Position numbers and translations under genes: made by a program. A DNA stretch of 64,000 nucleotides. It comes from Oikopleura dioica (taxonomy: Eukaryota > Animalia > Chordata). Below, piece by piece: positions 43,301 through 55,399 of this stretch (position 1 is its first letter; the number at the start of each line of letters is the position of its first letter). Under the pieces are notes generated by a model. That model had not been told where the DNA came from and made no database searches. It worked only from the letters and a program-made list of their open reading frames with translations. The stretch covers positions 12,586,001-12,650,000 of the forward strand of contig OU015569.1 of assembly GCA_907165135.1 (NCBI GenBank), in the 5' to 3' direction.

Positions 43301-46300
43301 TACGGGCTACAGTGTTAATATCAATGTGTGCCTTCTTTCAGTACGAGGGCGGCATAATCACTTCCCTTCGCATACGTCTATCGGCCCGTTTCTTACGTTT
43401 CAGCTTCCTTTATGTCGTTTATCCCGGCCTACTAAAGCTGTTGTTTTAGGGCGGCAACAGCACCAGTCCCAACTCCTTCAATTCACAGAGAAACTTTCCA
43501 GCCGAAGACTTTGCCTATGCCGAGTTCAGTATAACCAGAGATTCCCAAATGAGGTAAGAGCTTTATTTTTCATTTTTTCTAATATCTATATTTTTGATTG
43601 CTATTCTAAGTCTATTTATCATAGTTCGGCAACCTGTGTAAAATGCCTGACTCAGGGTCCTGAAATATCTTTCATAAAAGCGTTTTTTTTTAAACGAAGC
43701 CGCAGAGCGGCTTCCCCAAATTACCATTTAAACTCGGTATTAAAATTTTGGACCCTGACTCAGGTTTTTCTCACAGGTTACCGAGGACATCTATTTATTG
43801 TCATTGTTTTTGATTTATTTTTATTGCAGATGATTATTCGAAATTTCGATTTTTTTATTTCTGCGGCTTTCAAATCTAATCGAGTGATGAATTTTTAATG
43901 TCCAACTGGCGAATTAGGTTATTTTTCTGTGTTAGATTTGCAGTCTGGCGGGAGCGATCTTCGCTAACGAGCGTCCCTCGGTACATTTACCGCCTCTTGG
44001 GAGTATCTCCTCGACCTTCAGAGGACGCGATTCATTATGTCAGATTTATGCAGAGACTCTGGCGCTCATTTTTTAACCGCGAGAATACATAAGAAGCATA
44101 AAATCGGAGATAGATATTCGAATTCAAGAACGAGTTGCCATGAACAGATCGCACTCGGAAAATATATTTTTGAAAAAAGAACGTACGCGGCTAAAATATT
44201 GGTACGTGCCTCTAAGAATGAAATGCTGATAATACAGTAAGGACTCAGAATAAACGGGAAAAAATGGCGAAAGTGAAGGATTCTCGCGCTTTTTTAGTTT
44301 TTTTTAAAGAAATGCTAATCAATTTTGGTCGTATACTAATAATTTTGAATAAATATTATAATTTGATGTTATTATTCTAGTTCCAGCGGACTAGATCGCC
44401 CACATTCCGTCTCAGCTCGAATACCAGAGACAAATCTACGTCGTGAGCACTCGAGGTAAGCTTTTTTCTTCGTTAGTCGTTGTTGATTTCAATTTCCAAA
44501 ATTCAGGTTATCCTTGGCGGCGAACTTTCACAGCAGCCAAAAGAGAGCTGATGAGTTGCGAGAAACGATCCGGCCTTTGAGATTTGAACAGCCTGGAAGT
44601 GTAGGAAGGGAAGAGCTGATCGGCAGAGGGTGGTTATTTGACGATATTGCTGCTAGAATCGCTTCTGTACGAACAGTCGCCATTGTAGGAAAGGGTTAAC
44701 AGAAAATTAAGTTAGATAGGAACTCGTTTACTAGAAAATATGGTTCGTTTACTTCGACGTTAAAAAACGAGACAATTTCGCGAAAAGAGCCGCGCGCTTG
44801 TATTAGCGGATCAATCCTATTAACCTAAAAATGAGGCGATGCAGGATTCGGCAAAACAACAATCATCGACGAACTGGTCAAATACTCGACGGGGCGAAAG
44901 ATTCATTCCCCCCGTTCGCCCAAGCAATGGTCCGCGCTGGGCATGGGCGGCTACGCCCGTTCTGGTACCGGCTCGGCCAAGATGTCCTCCTCCATGTCGC
45001 TGCATCAGTTGAATTTGAGCGTGAATTCGGCGAGCTCGCACTTTCAATCGCAGCGTAATTTGAATCTCAACTTGAACGAGCAATTCGAGGAGCCGTCTGT
45101 TGCTAAGCTGGCGGCGCAAGTGGTGGCCTACCACTTTTGCCAAAGTGACAACAGCGCGACGTGCCTTGTCCCCGAGTTTGTCCGCTCCATCGCCGCGCAC
45201 TTGGTCCAGTCGCCCCATCTCCGCGCCTATCAAGAATACGTCAAGAAGAATTCCCAAATCCAAGAATACCTCTCTCCGCAGAACTGCATCAAAGACTCGC
45301 ACTCGGCCTTTGTCGACGGCATCTGCTACCCGCTTGTCCAACTTACCCGAGACGGCCTCATCCCTCGTTCTCCCCTCCTCATCCTGATCGACTCTCTCGA
45401 CTCCGCGGAGCTCCACCGACCCGATTTCGGACCAACCATTCCCATCTTCCTGTCAAAGCTAGTCGGCCAACTCCCACCACAGTTCAAGCTAGTTCTGACT
45501 GTGCGCACCCAAATGCGACATTTAGTTGACGTCATGCCAACATCCATCATTTCCATCGACAATATTGAGACAAATGCAAACTTGCTCAACGATATTGTCC
45601 AGTACTGCTCCTCTCGCCTCCAAAAAGGTTGCCACCAATTGCCCCATTTGTCCATTAATCTAATCCAATTTTCTAGCTCCATTCATTTGCTCCGAAGTAA
45701 TCGTTAATGGCTCCCAAGATCGCATTGCCGCCCAGAAGCTGCTTTTACAGCGGCTTGTCGAGCGCTCTCGAGGGAACTTTCTCTACATGAAACTCGTCTT
45801 AGACCTAATCGAAGCTCGTCGCCTGACCTTACGCAGTTCAACCTTTTCTGTACTTCCTAATGACCTCAACGAGCTCTTCGCAATGTTGAGCAATCTGCAG
45901 TTCCCGACCAATGCTTCCTTCGAGCGCGCCAAGCCCATTCTCGCGATTTGTTTAGCAACGCTGTATCCTCTTAGGGATGAGCATATCTATCAAGCCATTC
46001 AGGTAAATTGAAATTCACAAGGTGAACTTCACTAAAATTTGATTTCAGGCTGGCTATGTCGACTCTCAAGTTGGATCAGCCGAGTTCAGACAGCGAATGT
46101 CCTCCGTTGGATCCTTACTGTCAAGGAGAACAGACGGAAGACGAGTCTTCCTCCATCCAGCTTACAGAGAGTGGCTTTGCCTGACAGATCCCGAAGCAAA
46201 CAGATTCACGATCGACCCACGTGACGGACACGCGCTGCTCGCCCTGCTCTTATCCCGACAAGGAAAGCCGCACCATTTTTCCGCCACGATCGAACTTGGC

Positions 46301-48602
46301 CATCACATTTTAAAGAGTCACATCTTCAGGGGGTCAAGGTTAGAAAGAGCCCCGCTTAAAATATAATATCTTTATTTTCATAGATCGAAGACTGGCTATT
46401 CTTCCTCTGTTCAAAATGTCCTGTGGCTGATGTCTTCCAATGTCGACATTGCTGGTGGACTTCTAGCGCCCAGGAATCTCTTTTACCCGAATCTAAGAGT
46501 TACCAAGGTGAGGAAAGACTTGTTTGAATGCATTAATGATAGTTAAAAAGCTACTTTTGTCCGCTGGGGCGCCGGTAAATAGCAAGACAACGGCGCTACA
46601 AAACGCTCCGCCCTTGGTCGTCGCCGCCGCAACAGGTTGTCTTCCATTTGTCAAGCTCTTGCTCGAGTACAACGCCGACAAGAACGCCTCCAACGATCTC
46701 GGCCGAACTGCGACATCTTTTGCGGCTGAAAACGGCCACGTCGCAATTCTGGAGCAGCTGCATCTCGCTGGCGCCGATATTTACCAAGTAGATCAGGATG
46801 GCCTCTCGCCAGTCGTCCACGCTGCTCGTGTCGCCAGAACAGAGTGTATAGATTTTCTGCTATCAAGGTATTTTCCAGATGATAAAGTAAAACTCTAGCA
46901 CTATTTTAGGGATTGGGCACCGTATGCGAAACAAGTAACAAAGAAAGAAGTTTGCCAGCAAGTGCTCGTTCATTCGGCTGGAGCAAACAACTTCGAAGTC
47001 GTCGATTTCATGCTCAATTACCCTTCTGCCAATTGTCGAGCGGAGATCAACGTATGCGACCAGATCACTGGCGAAACAGCGTTGACGATGGCCTCGATCG
47101 AAGGAAATATCGAAATGGTCGAGCATTTAATCGCTTCTTATTCTGCAGATCCGAATCGACGAAATGAACAAGGTCTCACGCCTCTTGGAGTCGCTGCAAA
47201 AGCAGATCAACTCGAATGCGTCGATTTCCTCGTGTCTTCAGGCGCCCAAGTCGACGTCAAACTCGCCGACGAGAAAAACGCGCTGATCATCGCCGCCGCC
47301 CACGGTTCTCTTCGTTGTTGTCAACGACTCGTCGAGCTCGGCGTCAATCTCGAAGCAACCGATCGAGAAGGAATGACCGCGCTATCCGCTGCTTGTTTCA
47401 AAGGACATCGCGAAGTGGCGCAGTTTTTGTTGGATCGAGGAGCCAGAATCTCGCACAGAGATATTGTTGGACGGAATCCGATGCACTTGGCAGCCCTTGG
47501 GGGAGATAAAAACACAGTTTCGCTGCTTCTTAGTAGAAATTGTGACCAGTTTGAATACGACAGGTAATGAAGCATTCATAAATTATAAATTAGAAATTTT
47601 AAATTACTACATTATTCTTATCTTACAAAATGAGCAGCCTTTAATCCTTTTTCCATAGCTCAAACATGCGGCCACTAGAAAGAGCAATTTCATCTCGATC
47701 CGGCGAAGTCGCCCTTCTTCTACTCCGAAGTGGATCTCGCCCAGAAGCTGCCACATGGGCCCTGGCCGCCGATCGAGTAGAGCTCCTCTTTCTCCTTCTT
47801 CACAAAACACTAGAGGACGCCAACATCAAATATAAAGTCGAGAATATCGCGGGAGCCTGGGAGCTCTACAAACTCGGCCTTGCCAGGTTCTCCGCAGAAT
47901 TGCTCAACTCTGGACTCGAAAACACCGCTGAACTGAAAGCTTCACTTCTTCTCGGAGCCTCCAGATGCGCTAGAAGACAAGGAAACCAACTGGAAGCGGA
48001 AGAAAAGGCCTCTTCGGCGCTGAACTTGAAGCCGCGCTGGTTCCAAGCCTTCTACGCCCGGAGTCGCGCCCGCGCAGAAATGGGCAAAGTCGACGAGTCC
48101 TTCCAAGACATTTGCGAAGCCGAGCGACTGGAGCCATCGAACAAGGTGATCCGACGATACCGCGTGCGGCTGCAGCAAGAAGCCGAGCGCAGCGGCATCC
48201 ATCTCGTCCCGCAGCGACTTCACAACGCGATGAATCTCAACAACTCGCGAAATCCGAACTTCGGAAGCCAAGAGTCCATCGGAGGCCTTTCCATCGCTTC
48301 CGGCGCCACTGTTCGGGAGCCGCCAGTGCCGCCGCCGAGGATTAAATCCAACCCTACAGGTTTGATCATTTTTAGAAATTAGGCCGCTAATCTTTGTCAA
48401 AGGCTACCAAGTGCAACCGGGCCCTGCGCGGCCGAGAGCAATGCCTCGTACGAATCCGTTCTACTCGTTCGTTTCCTCCGAAGCGAAGAAAGTCGACCTC
48501 AGCTACCTGAGCATGGGCGCCAAGAAGCAATTGACGAGCAACTCGAGTAAGCCGCCGGCCGAAGAAGCACTACAACAAGTTCCAAAACAAACTGACTTCT
48601 AA
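37334..48602 (+). CDS. TANC: TANC (rolling pebbles) family scaffold: P-loop NTPase, ankyrin repeats, TPR; many exons
   Basis: IRPLRFE..LIGRGWLF, GDAGFGKTTII, LAAQVVAYHFCQSDNSATCLVPEFVRSIAA, RRVFLHPAYREWL, GHALLA, LGHHILKSHIF, ankyrin repeats (GETALTMAS, GMTALSAAC), TPR (KPRWFQAFYARSRA). The 5' exons from 37334 join in phase but are less certain. Confidence 0.9.
38170..38395. mobile_element. Foldback element with a family-A remnant at its centre
   Basis: ACAGTTGTACGCGATTCG.G.CGAATCATTCGACTCAA / TTGAGTCGAATGATTCG.C.CGAATCGCGTACAACTGT. Confidence 0.75.
40072..40345. mobile_element. AAGGGTGTCACTAC-type palindromic element with a family-A MITE in its centre
   Basis: AAGGGTGTCACTAC..AACTTTAAAAA / TTTTTAAAGTT..GTAGTGATACCCTT flanking the copy at about 40118-40295. 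Confidence 0.7.
41467..41624. mobile_element. Family-A MITE
   Basis: 8-bp flanks AAGTTAAG / AAATTAAG. Confidence 0.85.
43620..43790. mobile_element. Family-A MITE with a perfect 8-bp TSD
   Basis: CTATTTAT at 43612-43619 and 43791-43798. Confidence 0.9.
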
Positions 48603-48890
48603 TAACATTCTTATCAAAACCGCCACCAGACTTCTTCAATTAAAACTGCCAAACAAAAAATATCTGAGAAAAAAGATTTGTAAGTTTGTCTAAAAAACAA
48701 GACCCTACTATTCTTATTCCACTATGACTGTAAATTAAAAAAAATGATGAGAAGAGAGATTTTCTTGTTTCTAATAGATAGTCCTTCTTCATCGATCCAT
48801 ACATTTATTATCTGCTCCTATTATTATTAACTACTCCTTGTTGATTTCAAGTTGAATTTTATTTTGAAAGATTTTTCGAGTAGCAATAGT

Positions 48891-49097
48891 TTATTTTCTG
48901 ATCGTCCCATGGAGATAATCAAAGAGCCCGTAAGAGCCGTAATTGCAGTTGAAAAGGCGGTGATGGGCGTCGTGAAAGCTGGAGGAAAGGACATGTGGCG
49001 CTGGAATGTGGTAACCGCAGTGATTGACCACGCCCTGAATGGGTTCAAATCAGACGTTGTTAGCTTTTCTTTACCTTGGTAAAAATAAAGACGTAAT
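48891..49097 (-). other. Duplicated 3' end of the FAXDC2-like gene (8 codons, 40-nt intron, intact last exon)
   Basis: Part of a direct repeat of about 430 bp (48665-49095 versus 50431-50851). Exon 48891-49034 encodes GVVNHCGYHIP..FHDAHHRLFNCNYG..FDYLHGTIRK*. Confidence 0.85.
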
Positions 49098-49128
49098 ATG
49101 AAAGAATTCCGAGCGCCAAATTCTTCTT

Positions 49129-49337
49129 TTACTCCTCTGATGAAAACTGTTCCTGGCTGGAGTCGTCAAACCAGCCTTGCTCGTGCATCTCCCTCCGCGT
49201 CATTGAGGAGAATGTTTCCTCATAGACCACCTTGAAACTATATTTAAATTCATTTTTACCTATTTTTTTACCTCTCGAGCCCTCTGGTACTCAACAACCT
49301 CAGGTTTCTCGATACAAGATGAAGCAATTTGGCCCAT
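49129..49337 (-). CDS. 55-aa orphan microprotein with an N-terminal MGQIASSC
   Basis: Exons 49337-49272 and 49230-49129 joined by a 41-nt GT-AG intron give an open 55-codon frame. Confidence 0.5.
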
Positions 49338-49367
49338 AGTAGAAATTGTAGAAATACTCTTTTTCTG

Positions 49368-49771
49368 GGCGTTATACAAATTTTGAAACTTCTAAGCATG
49401 GACGGACAAAAAAAGGAATTTTTAAGCATGGACGGGTAGAAAAGGGATTTTTTAGGCTTGAAAACGGAAAAAAGGAAATTTCAATTTTTGAAATTTTTTC
49501 AAACTTAATTTTAAGGGTGTAAGAGGCCTTCCGGCCTAGAGAAACCCCTCTTAAAATGAGCCTTTCAGGCCCCTCTTTCATTTAAACAGGGTTTCATTAG
49601 GCCGACAGGCCTTAAACACCCTTAAAATTTAATTTGAAAGAAATTTCCTAAAAAGAAAATTCCTTTTTCTAGTCGTCCATGCTTAAAAAGACCTCTTTTT
49701 TTCGCGTAACCGCTTAAAAGTTCCTTTTTCTCTCCGTCTATGCTAAAAAGTTCCAAAATCGGTATTACGCC
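49368..49771. mobile_element. MITE with 8-bp TSD and GG termini (Merlin-like candidate), with a TTAA-flanked element (49515-49621) at its centre
   Basis: TTTTTCTG|GGCGTTATAC...GTATTACGCC|TTTTTCTG. Internal AAGCATGGACGG tandem repeats. Confidence 0.75.
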
Positions 49772-50038
49772 TTTTTCTGCGACTTGACAAAAATATTGTG
49801 ATGCGCATTTCGTTTTTGGTTTCGGTTAAGATTTCTATCGATACACTATCGTTAATCTTTTGCGAACCCATTCAAACTTTGAACTTTATTGTAAACAAAT
49901 CACTGTAAAACGTACAGATCCAATATAATTTTATTTGAAAAAAGCTCCATTTTATAAATTTAATTCAATTTTATTATACTGTGGCAATAAATATAAAATT
50001 TTATTTATCAAACATAAAAGATACAGTTATAAAAAGCT

Positions 50039-50429
50039 TTATTGTGTTTGAGACTTCTTCATTGTGCAAGTGAGATTCTTCAGCAACGAAGCCATGTAGC
50101 AATCCCGGCTAAAAAGACACTAACGTACTCGTAATCTGAAGGGGTCACCTTAAGTCCTCCTGAGTGAGCTCTTCGTCGAAAAACCGCTCCACTGTTCTAT
50201 CAAAAGAGCTGTTTTTCGTCGGCGTCATCGGCAATCGTTTCTCTTTTTCTTTTCCTAAAAATCCGCGATCAGAATCATCAAGTCCGCTTCGGAGGAAGAA
50301 AAGCTCTCTTTTGGAATTAGTACCTGTATCTTGAGTTTTAGTTGGCGTGGATTTCGTTGCCCAGAAATTTTGCGCCCGCGATGGAGAGCTCAGATTCTTC
50401 AGTGAGTCGCTTTCAAGTTCAAAAATCAT
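50039..50429 (-). CDS. 116-aa orphan protein, 2 exons
   Basis: ORF MIFELESD..EELTQEDL, 40-nt GT-AG intron 50109-50148, then SRDCYMASLLKNL..Q*. Confidence 0.6.
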
Positions 50430-50643
50430 TTGAGAAAAAAGATTTGTGAGTTTGTCGAAAAAACAAGACCCTACTATTCTAATTCCACTATGACTGTAAA
50501 TTAAAAAAAAATAATAATGAAAAGAGAGCTTTTCTTGTTTCTAATAGGTAGTCTTTCTTCATCGATCCATGCATTTATTTTCTGGTACTCCTTGTTGATT
50601 TCAAGTTGATCTTTATTTTTAAAGATTTTTGAGTAGTAATAGT

Positions 50644-51903
50644 TCATTTTCTGATCGTCCCGTGGAGATAATCAAAGAGCCCGTAAGAGCCGTAATTACA
50701 GTTGAAAAGGCGGTGATGGGCGTCGTGAAAACTGGAGGAAAGGACATGTGGCGCTGGAATGTGGTAGCCGCAGTGGTTGATCACGCCCTGAATGGGTTCA
50801 AATCAGACGTTGTTAGCTTTTCTTTACCTTTGTGAAAATAAAGACATAATAAGCCCAAGTGGAAACTGCATGAGTTCCAAGCGCTACCGGTCCAACGAAA
50901 GTCAACGTCATGTTGACCATTACCCACTCTGAAGCAAAAAGGAGTAGATGAGCTTTTGAAATGGTTTACCTAACGGATGCATGTAGGAAATGGAAAGCGC
51001 AGTTGGAGCAGTCCATTCGTGGTGCAGGTAGTGCACTTTGTTCTGGCAAAAATCTCAAAAAAGAAAACGAAATGATGAAGTTGAACTAAAATCAACTTTG
51101 GAAAGAGTATTTTAGGAGATTTGAGGAGTTCTTGAATAAAACCATCGAAACTGGTGCGATAGTCGGTGAACGTAGTAGAAGTATGCATCTTCCACGATGC
51201 AGATCGCCACGAATTCGCATAAAATGCGGTCGAGCTTGGGAAGAGGGCCGAATTCGACGCGGCGGAGCAGGAACTTTCGGAAGAAAGGAGCGAAGAAGCC
51301 AGACACGAGAATTCCATTGACGGAGAAAAAGGCGAGCAGAACTAGCCAGGTTCGTCTTCTGATTGGAACAGCTTTCTATAAACTTTATGGGCAAAGTAAC
51401 TGTGGGTATTACAAGGCAAACACTAACAGATGCTTCCGGACACGCAGTCGGATGCGCCTGTCCGGTGTTTTCACGGGACGGATTGGATCCGGCTTTAGCT
51501 AAGTTACTGGAACTGCTGGAAAATATCATTGGCAACATAACCATCACCGCGTTACAAGGGAAACTCCTTTCAGAAAAAATTAAGCCGAGAAACTTTTGCT
51601 TACTTTTGCATCTTGAATCGCCCATCTTCTGAAAAACGCGGGAAAGACAAAATCGATGAGCGAAAGACTCACTAGAAACGTCAATGTTATTTGCCTTCAT
51701 TACTCATTTTTTCACCTAGCATGATTGTATTCAAAATTCCCGGCAGCCCAAAAAGAAACTGAATTTTCCGAGCTGGATCGTCTCCAACCCAGTTGTTCAA
51801 TTCTTCCCAGGTCGAGTTCATTTCTCTTCCTTTTTTTCAAAGAAATTCGGAGAGTTATGATTGGATTGGAACGTTGTTTGACTTGGAGCTTCGTTGCGGC
51901 CAT
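50644..51903 (-). CDS. FAXDC2: Fatty acid hydroxylase/sterol desaturase family protein (FAXDC2-like)
   Basis: FRRWAIQDAK, EDAYFYYVHRLSH, HYLHHEWTAP..YMHPL|EW, VGP, NHCGYHIP, FHDAHH, NYG..DYLHGT (His-box di-iron motifs). The start codon and one junction near 51050-51135 are unresolved. Confidence 0.85.
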
Positions 51904-52611
51904 TGTGTCGTAATTTTTGTTCTTAAAAATGCTTCTCGCTCGACGCTTCTATTACTGTTTACAAAAAATAACTACTGTGGCGTGACTGTTAGTCAGCGAC
52001 ACTAAACAGAGCTTGGAAAAAACCGAAATTAAAAAAGACTCGAAACGAAACATCGCTTTTTACATCAAAAATCCTTTTTTAGAAGCCGCTTTTTTACGTG
52101 ACTGTAATTGGCAAAAACATGACTGTATGTCTCAAAAGAAAAATTTATAGAAAGGTCCTCCTGGAGCGAGTCATTTTTCGCATTTTTTTTTTTGAAAAAT
52201 GAAAGTTCAAAGGTTCGAAAAAGTAAAAAAAAAAGCAGAAAAAAAGTCACTGAAAAACAATTTAGAAAATTAGCGCTGAAATTTAATTCGTTCAACTTTC
52301 CATTGAAAAAATAATCGAGTTTCATTTATTTGAGGAAAAGTACGTTGTTAATCGGATCAGGTTCATTGGCGACCGTAAGCTTTATTATCTTCCCAAACAA
52401 AATCATCGAGCAGCAAGCTTGTCGATTCGCGATTATGGTTTTTCTGTTGATATCGACTCCAGCCCCCAATTTTGCGCTTCTAAAAGATTCGCGAGTTTGA
52501 TCCAATATTCGCGAGCCACCAGAGCGGCTAGTTGTCATCAATCATCGCAAAGTTAATGTTATGCAAGGCGGTCAAGTTTACCCGCTTACGGTTCTTTTGC
52601 ATTTTCAAGAC

Positions 52612-52972
52612 TCAAGAGGACTGTGAAGAAAACCTGAGTCAGGATTTCAAAGACCTAATAGATAAGCTGTCGCCGTAATTATCGTCATTTTTTGGGGTGG
52701 TGTCTGGAATCGACAAAAATTTCGACGAATTTTGCATGGGCGGCTACTCGGCTGATGATTGGCCGGTTAGCCGAATCCAGGCTTCTGATTGGTTGAAAAT
52801 TTCGACGCAAAATTTGTCGAAATTTTTTGTCGGTTCCAGACACCTCCCCATTTTTTTCCATTTTGGAAAAGCCGCGTTGCAGCTCGATTTTTCAAAAAAG
52901 CCGCTTCGGGGGTTTAAATTTAAGCTTTTTAAATCCTGACACAGGTTTTCTACACAGATTGTCGAACCCAAG
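52612..52972. mobile_element. Family-A MITE containing a second palindromic element (about 52699-52845)
   Basis: Outer CCTGAGTCAGG / CCTGACACAGG. Inner GGTGTCTGGAA.CGACAAAAATTTCGAC / GTCGAAATTTTTTGTCG.TTCCAGACACC. Confidence 0.7.
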
Positions 52973-55399
52973 TTTCTACTCTTTTCCAAGTAAAATGTGC
53001 GAATTTGGTACTTTTGGCGAATATCGCTGCTTAATTATTTAGTCTAAATATCATCATCATTAGCGTTATCCCACTTCGTCTCTACGAAAGATCAATTAAC
53101 GGAGCATCAATTTTTTTTAAAATTTTCGTCGATAAGTAATTCGTTCTTGTTTTTTCAAGCGGTTGGTTGAACGGTGGATCTGCGGCGCGTTTCTAAAACA
53201 AACGAGCCAATTCAGAAACTCAACAAATAACTGTTTGAAATTTGCACGCAGGAGTCGCTTATCACCACCAAAATTTCTTTCTTTTCTTCTGTTATCTTTA
53301 AGGCCACGTAAGGCAGCTATTTTTAAGTTGCGCGATTTAAGGCGCTCGTCTGTCTCTTCCCGGAAGTCGGCTGTTTTTAAAGCCTGTATTTTGCAGAAAG
53401 TGAATGGAGGGGAATCGACTTGGAGATGTTTTTGTTTGAGGGCGGGCCTTAAATTTCAAATGCTCTTGTTGATCCAGTCTCTTTGAAGTTCTTCTTGGGA
53501 GAAAAGTGGATTTGACGTGCTGAAACAACTTTTACGAACTTCTACGAATTTAACGCTCTTAGCGATAAGTTAGAGCTCGTTACAGCCAAAAGGGCAAATT
53601 CCCTCCTTTTTTGAAAAGAGCAGAGACGTTTTTTGCGTGTTTTTTAACCCTTGCACGGTTTTCGAGCAACGCGTTGGCAGGACCTTTTCAGGGTGTTTTT
53701 AGCATGCTAAAATCATCGAAAACAATAACTACTCTCGGCAACCTGCGGGAATAACCTGAGTCAGGCTTCTGGAAGGGCAATTTGTTATTTGTTTTTTTGA
53801 ATATTCTAATTCGCAAAATTCTGCGCAAAAGTCAAGCTGTTACTCAACAAGAAACGCGCACTTAATAAAGTCGCCTCTTACACGATTGCCAACTAAAACT
53901 CTCTGGCAGTTAGACGGCCCTTTTTTATGCCTAGTTTTTGCCTAATCATCGCACTCTCACTTGAATCCTTGAATAAGCAGAGTGCAATTACAAGCGCGAC
54001 CGCAAAACGCTGAACACGCAAACGACAATTCTGCATGTTATAAATTGGGCAGCCGTGTTTGTTGCCACAACTGGCCGGCCACATTGCCTTTTTCAAAGCT
54101 TAAATTTCTGCTCATTGGTCCAAGGGACACAATCGTCCTTTGCGAAAAAGCTAATTTGACCCTGAAACAAGGGTGCGGATCCGCGACATTTGCAAAATAA
54201 TGCTGTTTTAGACTGTAAATTGAGGGCTAATTCGGCACAGTGACAATTACCGATTTTTATTGATTTTAAGCATTTTTTTTACAAAAAGTTTCAATAAAAA
54301 TTATTTTTTTTTTCTTAAAAAAAAAGTCTTTTTGAGTACTAAAGCGTTTTAGACTTTCAATTTGAAATTTATGGAGCTCCAAAAATGCGCCTCCTTTTTA
54401 AAGAAAACTTCAAATTCAAGAGGTAAACCAGTCGGAATGCGTTTTTACCACGAACAGGCGCGAGCAATTGCCCAAAAGGAACATCTAACTTGCCAGATCA
54501 GCAAAAATTAGTCGACTGGACGGAACGTGAAGTTATTCATACTGTAGCTGCTGTTCATATTTACTATTCTTCAAAGTCCTTCAGAACAGATGGTTTTACT
54601 GCATAAATGGAATAGGCTTCCATATTTTCTGGTTCAGTCAAGCTCCGTCTAAGCCTAACTTTGTCAAGCTACAGTAAATACCATCTTTACTGATGGACTT
54701 TCTGCCAGTAAACGCCCCTCCCTTCACATAAAAAAGTGCACGATCAAGAACCGGTTATGCCCGTTTCTGGCATTCTAAATTTATGCTTGCCTCCTGAATC
54801 ATTTCCTATTCAAATTTCGGAGCTGAGTGCATTGAAAACGTAATTGACATTATTGACCCTGAAGATGGGGCATTGCCTGTACTCTCCATAAATTTGAAGC
54901 TTACAGTATAAAACAGTTCTCTTTTGCATATTGCCCAGTACAGACTGATGCTTCAGTTATGTCCGGGTCAAAAGGAGCTCTTCTGTTTCCCTATTTTTAA
55001 ATAAGGGTTGCCTTGTTCATCCTCTTTCTTGCTGCATGTGCCCCCTTGTTGCATCCTTTGGCTACGTGGTTTTACTCGTAAATGGCCGAATTTGAAAATT
55101 CCATTTTCTTGTTTTTTGAAAAGAAAAGAAAAGCTACGTGGCCCAAAGATGAAGAAAGTGATACATGCAGCGAGTTAGAAAATTAACAAGCCTTCATCTT
55201 ATTTAAACAGTCTTTGATGGGTTAAAAAGTACAGTATAAACTGAAAGAGAATCCGAAAACACGCGCCAAGTTGATTTGAGATGATTTGAATTAACTCTTA
55301 ACTCATCTAAGACTCTCGAAGCCGGATAATAGGAGAAACCGGATTTGCTAAGCTGACTCGATTAAAATTTGAGACACGGCGCGTTCAAAATCGAAACGA

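Noticed and set aside
44820-45416. 198-aa minus ORF and 152-aa minus ORF at 47942-48400
   Set aside because: Both are antisense to GC-rich TANC exons.
48852-49082. Duplicated plus-strand ORF MEIIKEPVRAVIAVEK..
   Set aside because: It is antisense to the His-box exon. The substitutions are synonymous only in the minus-strand frame.
48665-50851. LTR retroelement or TRIM suggested by the 430-bp direct repeats
   Set aside because: There are no TG..CA termini, PBS or PPT, and the repeat is the 3' end of a host gene.
51050-51135. Possible AG-AC or GA-AG intron in the FAXDC2-like gene
   Set aside because: Several non-canonical joins restore the frame and none is clearly preferred. cDNA is needed.
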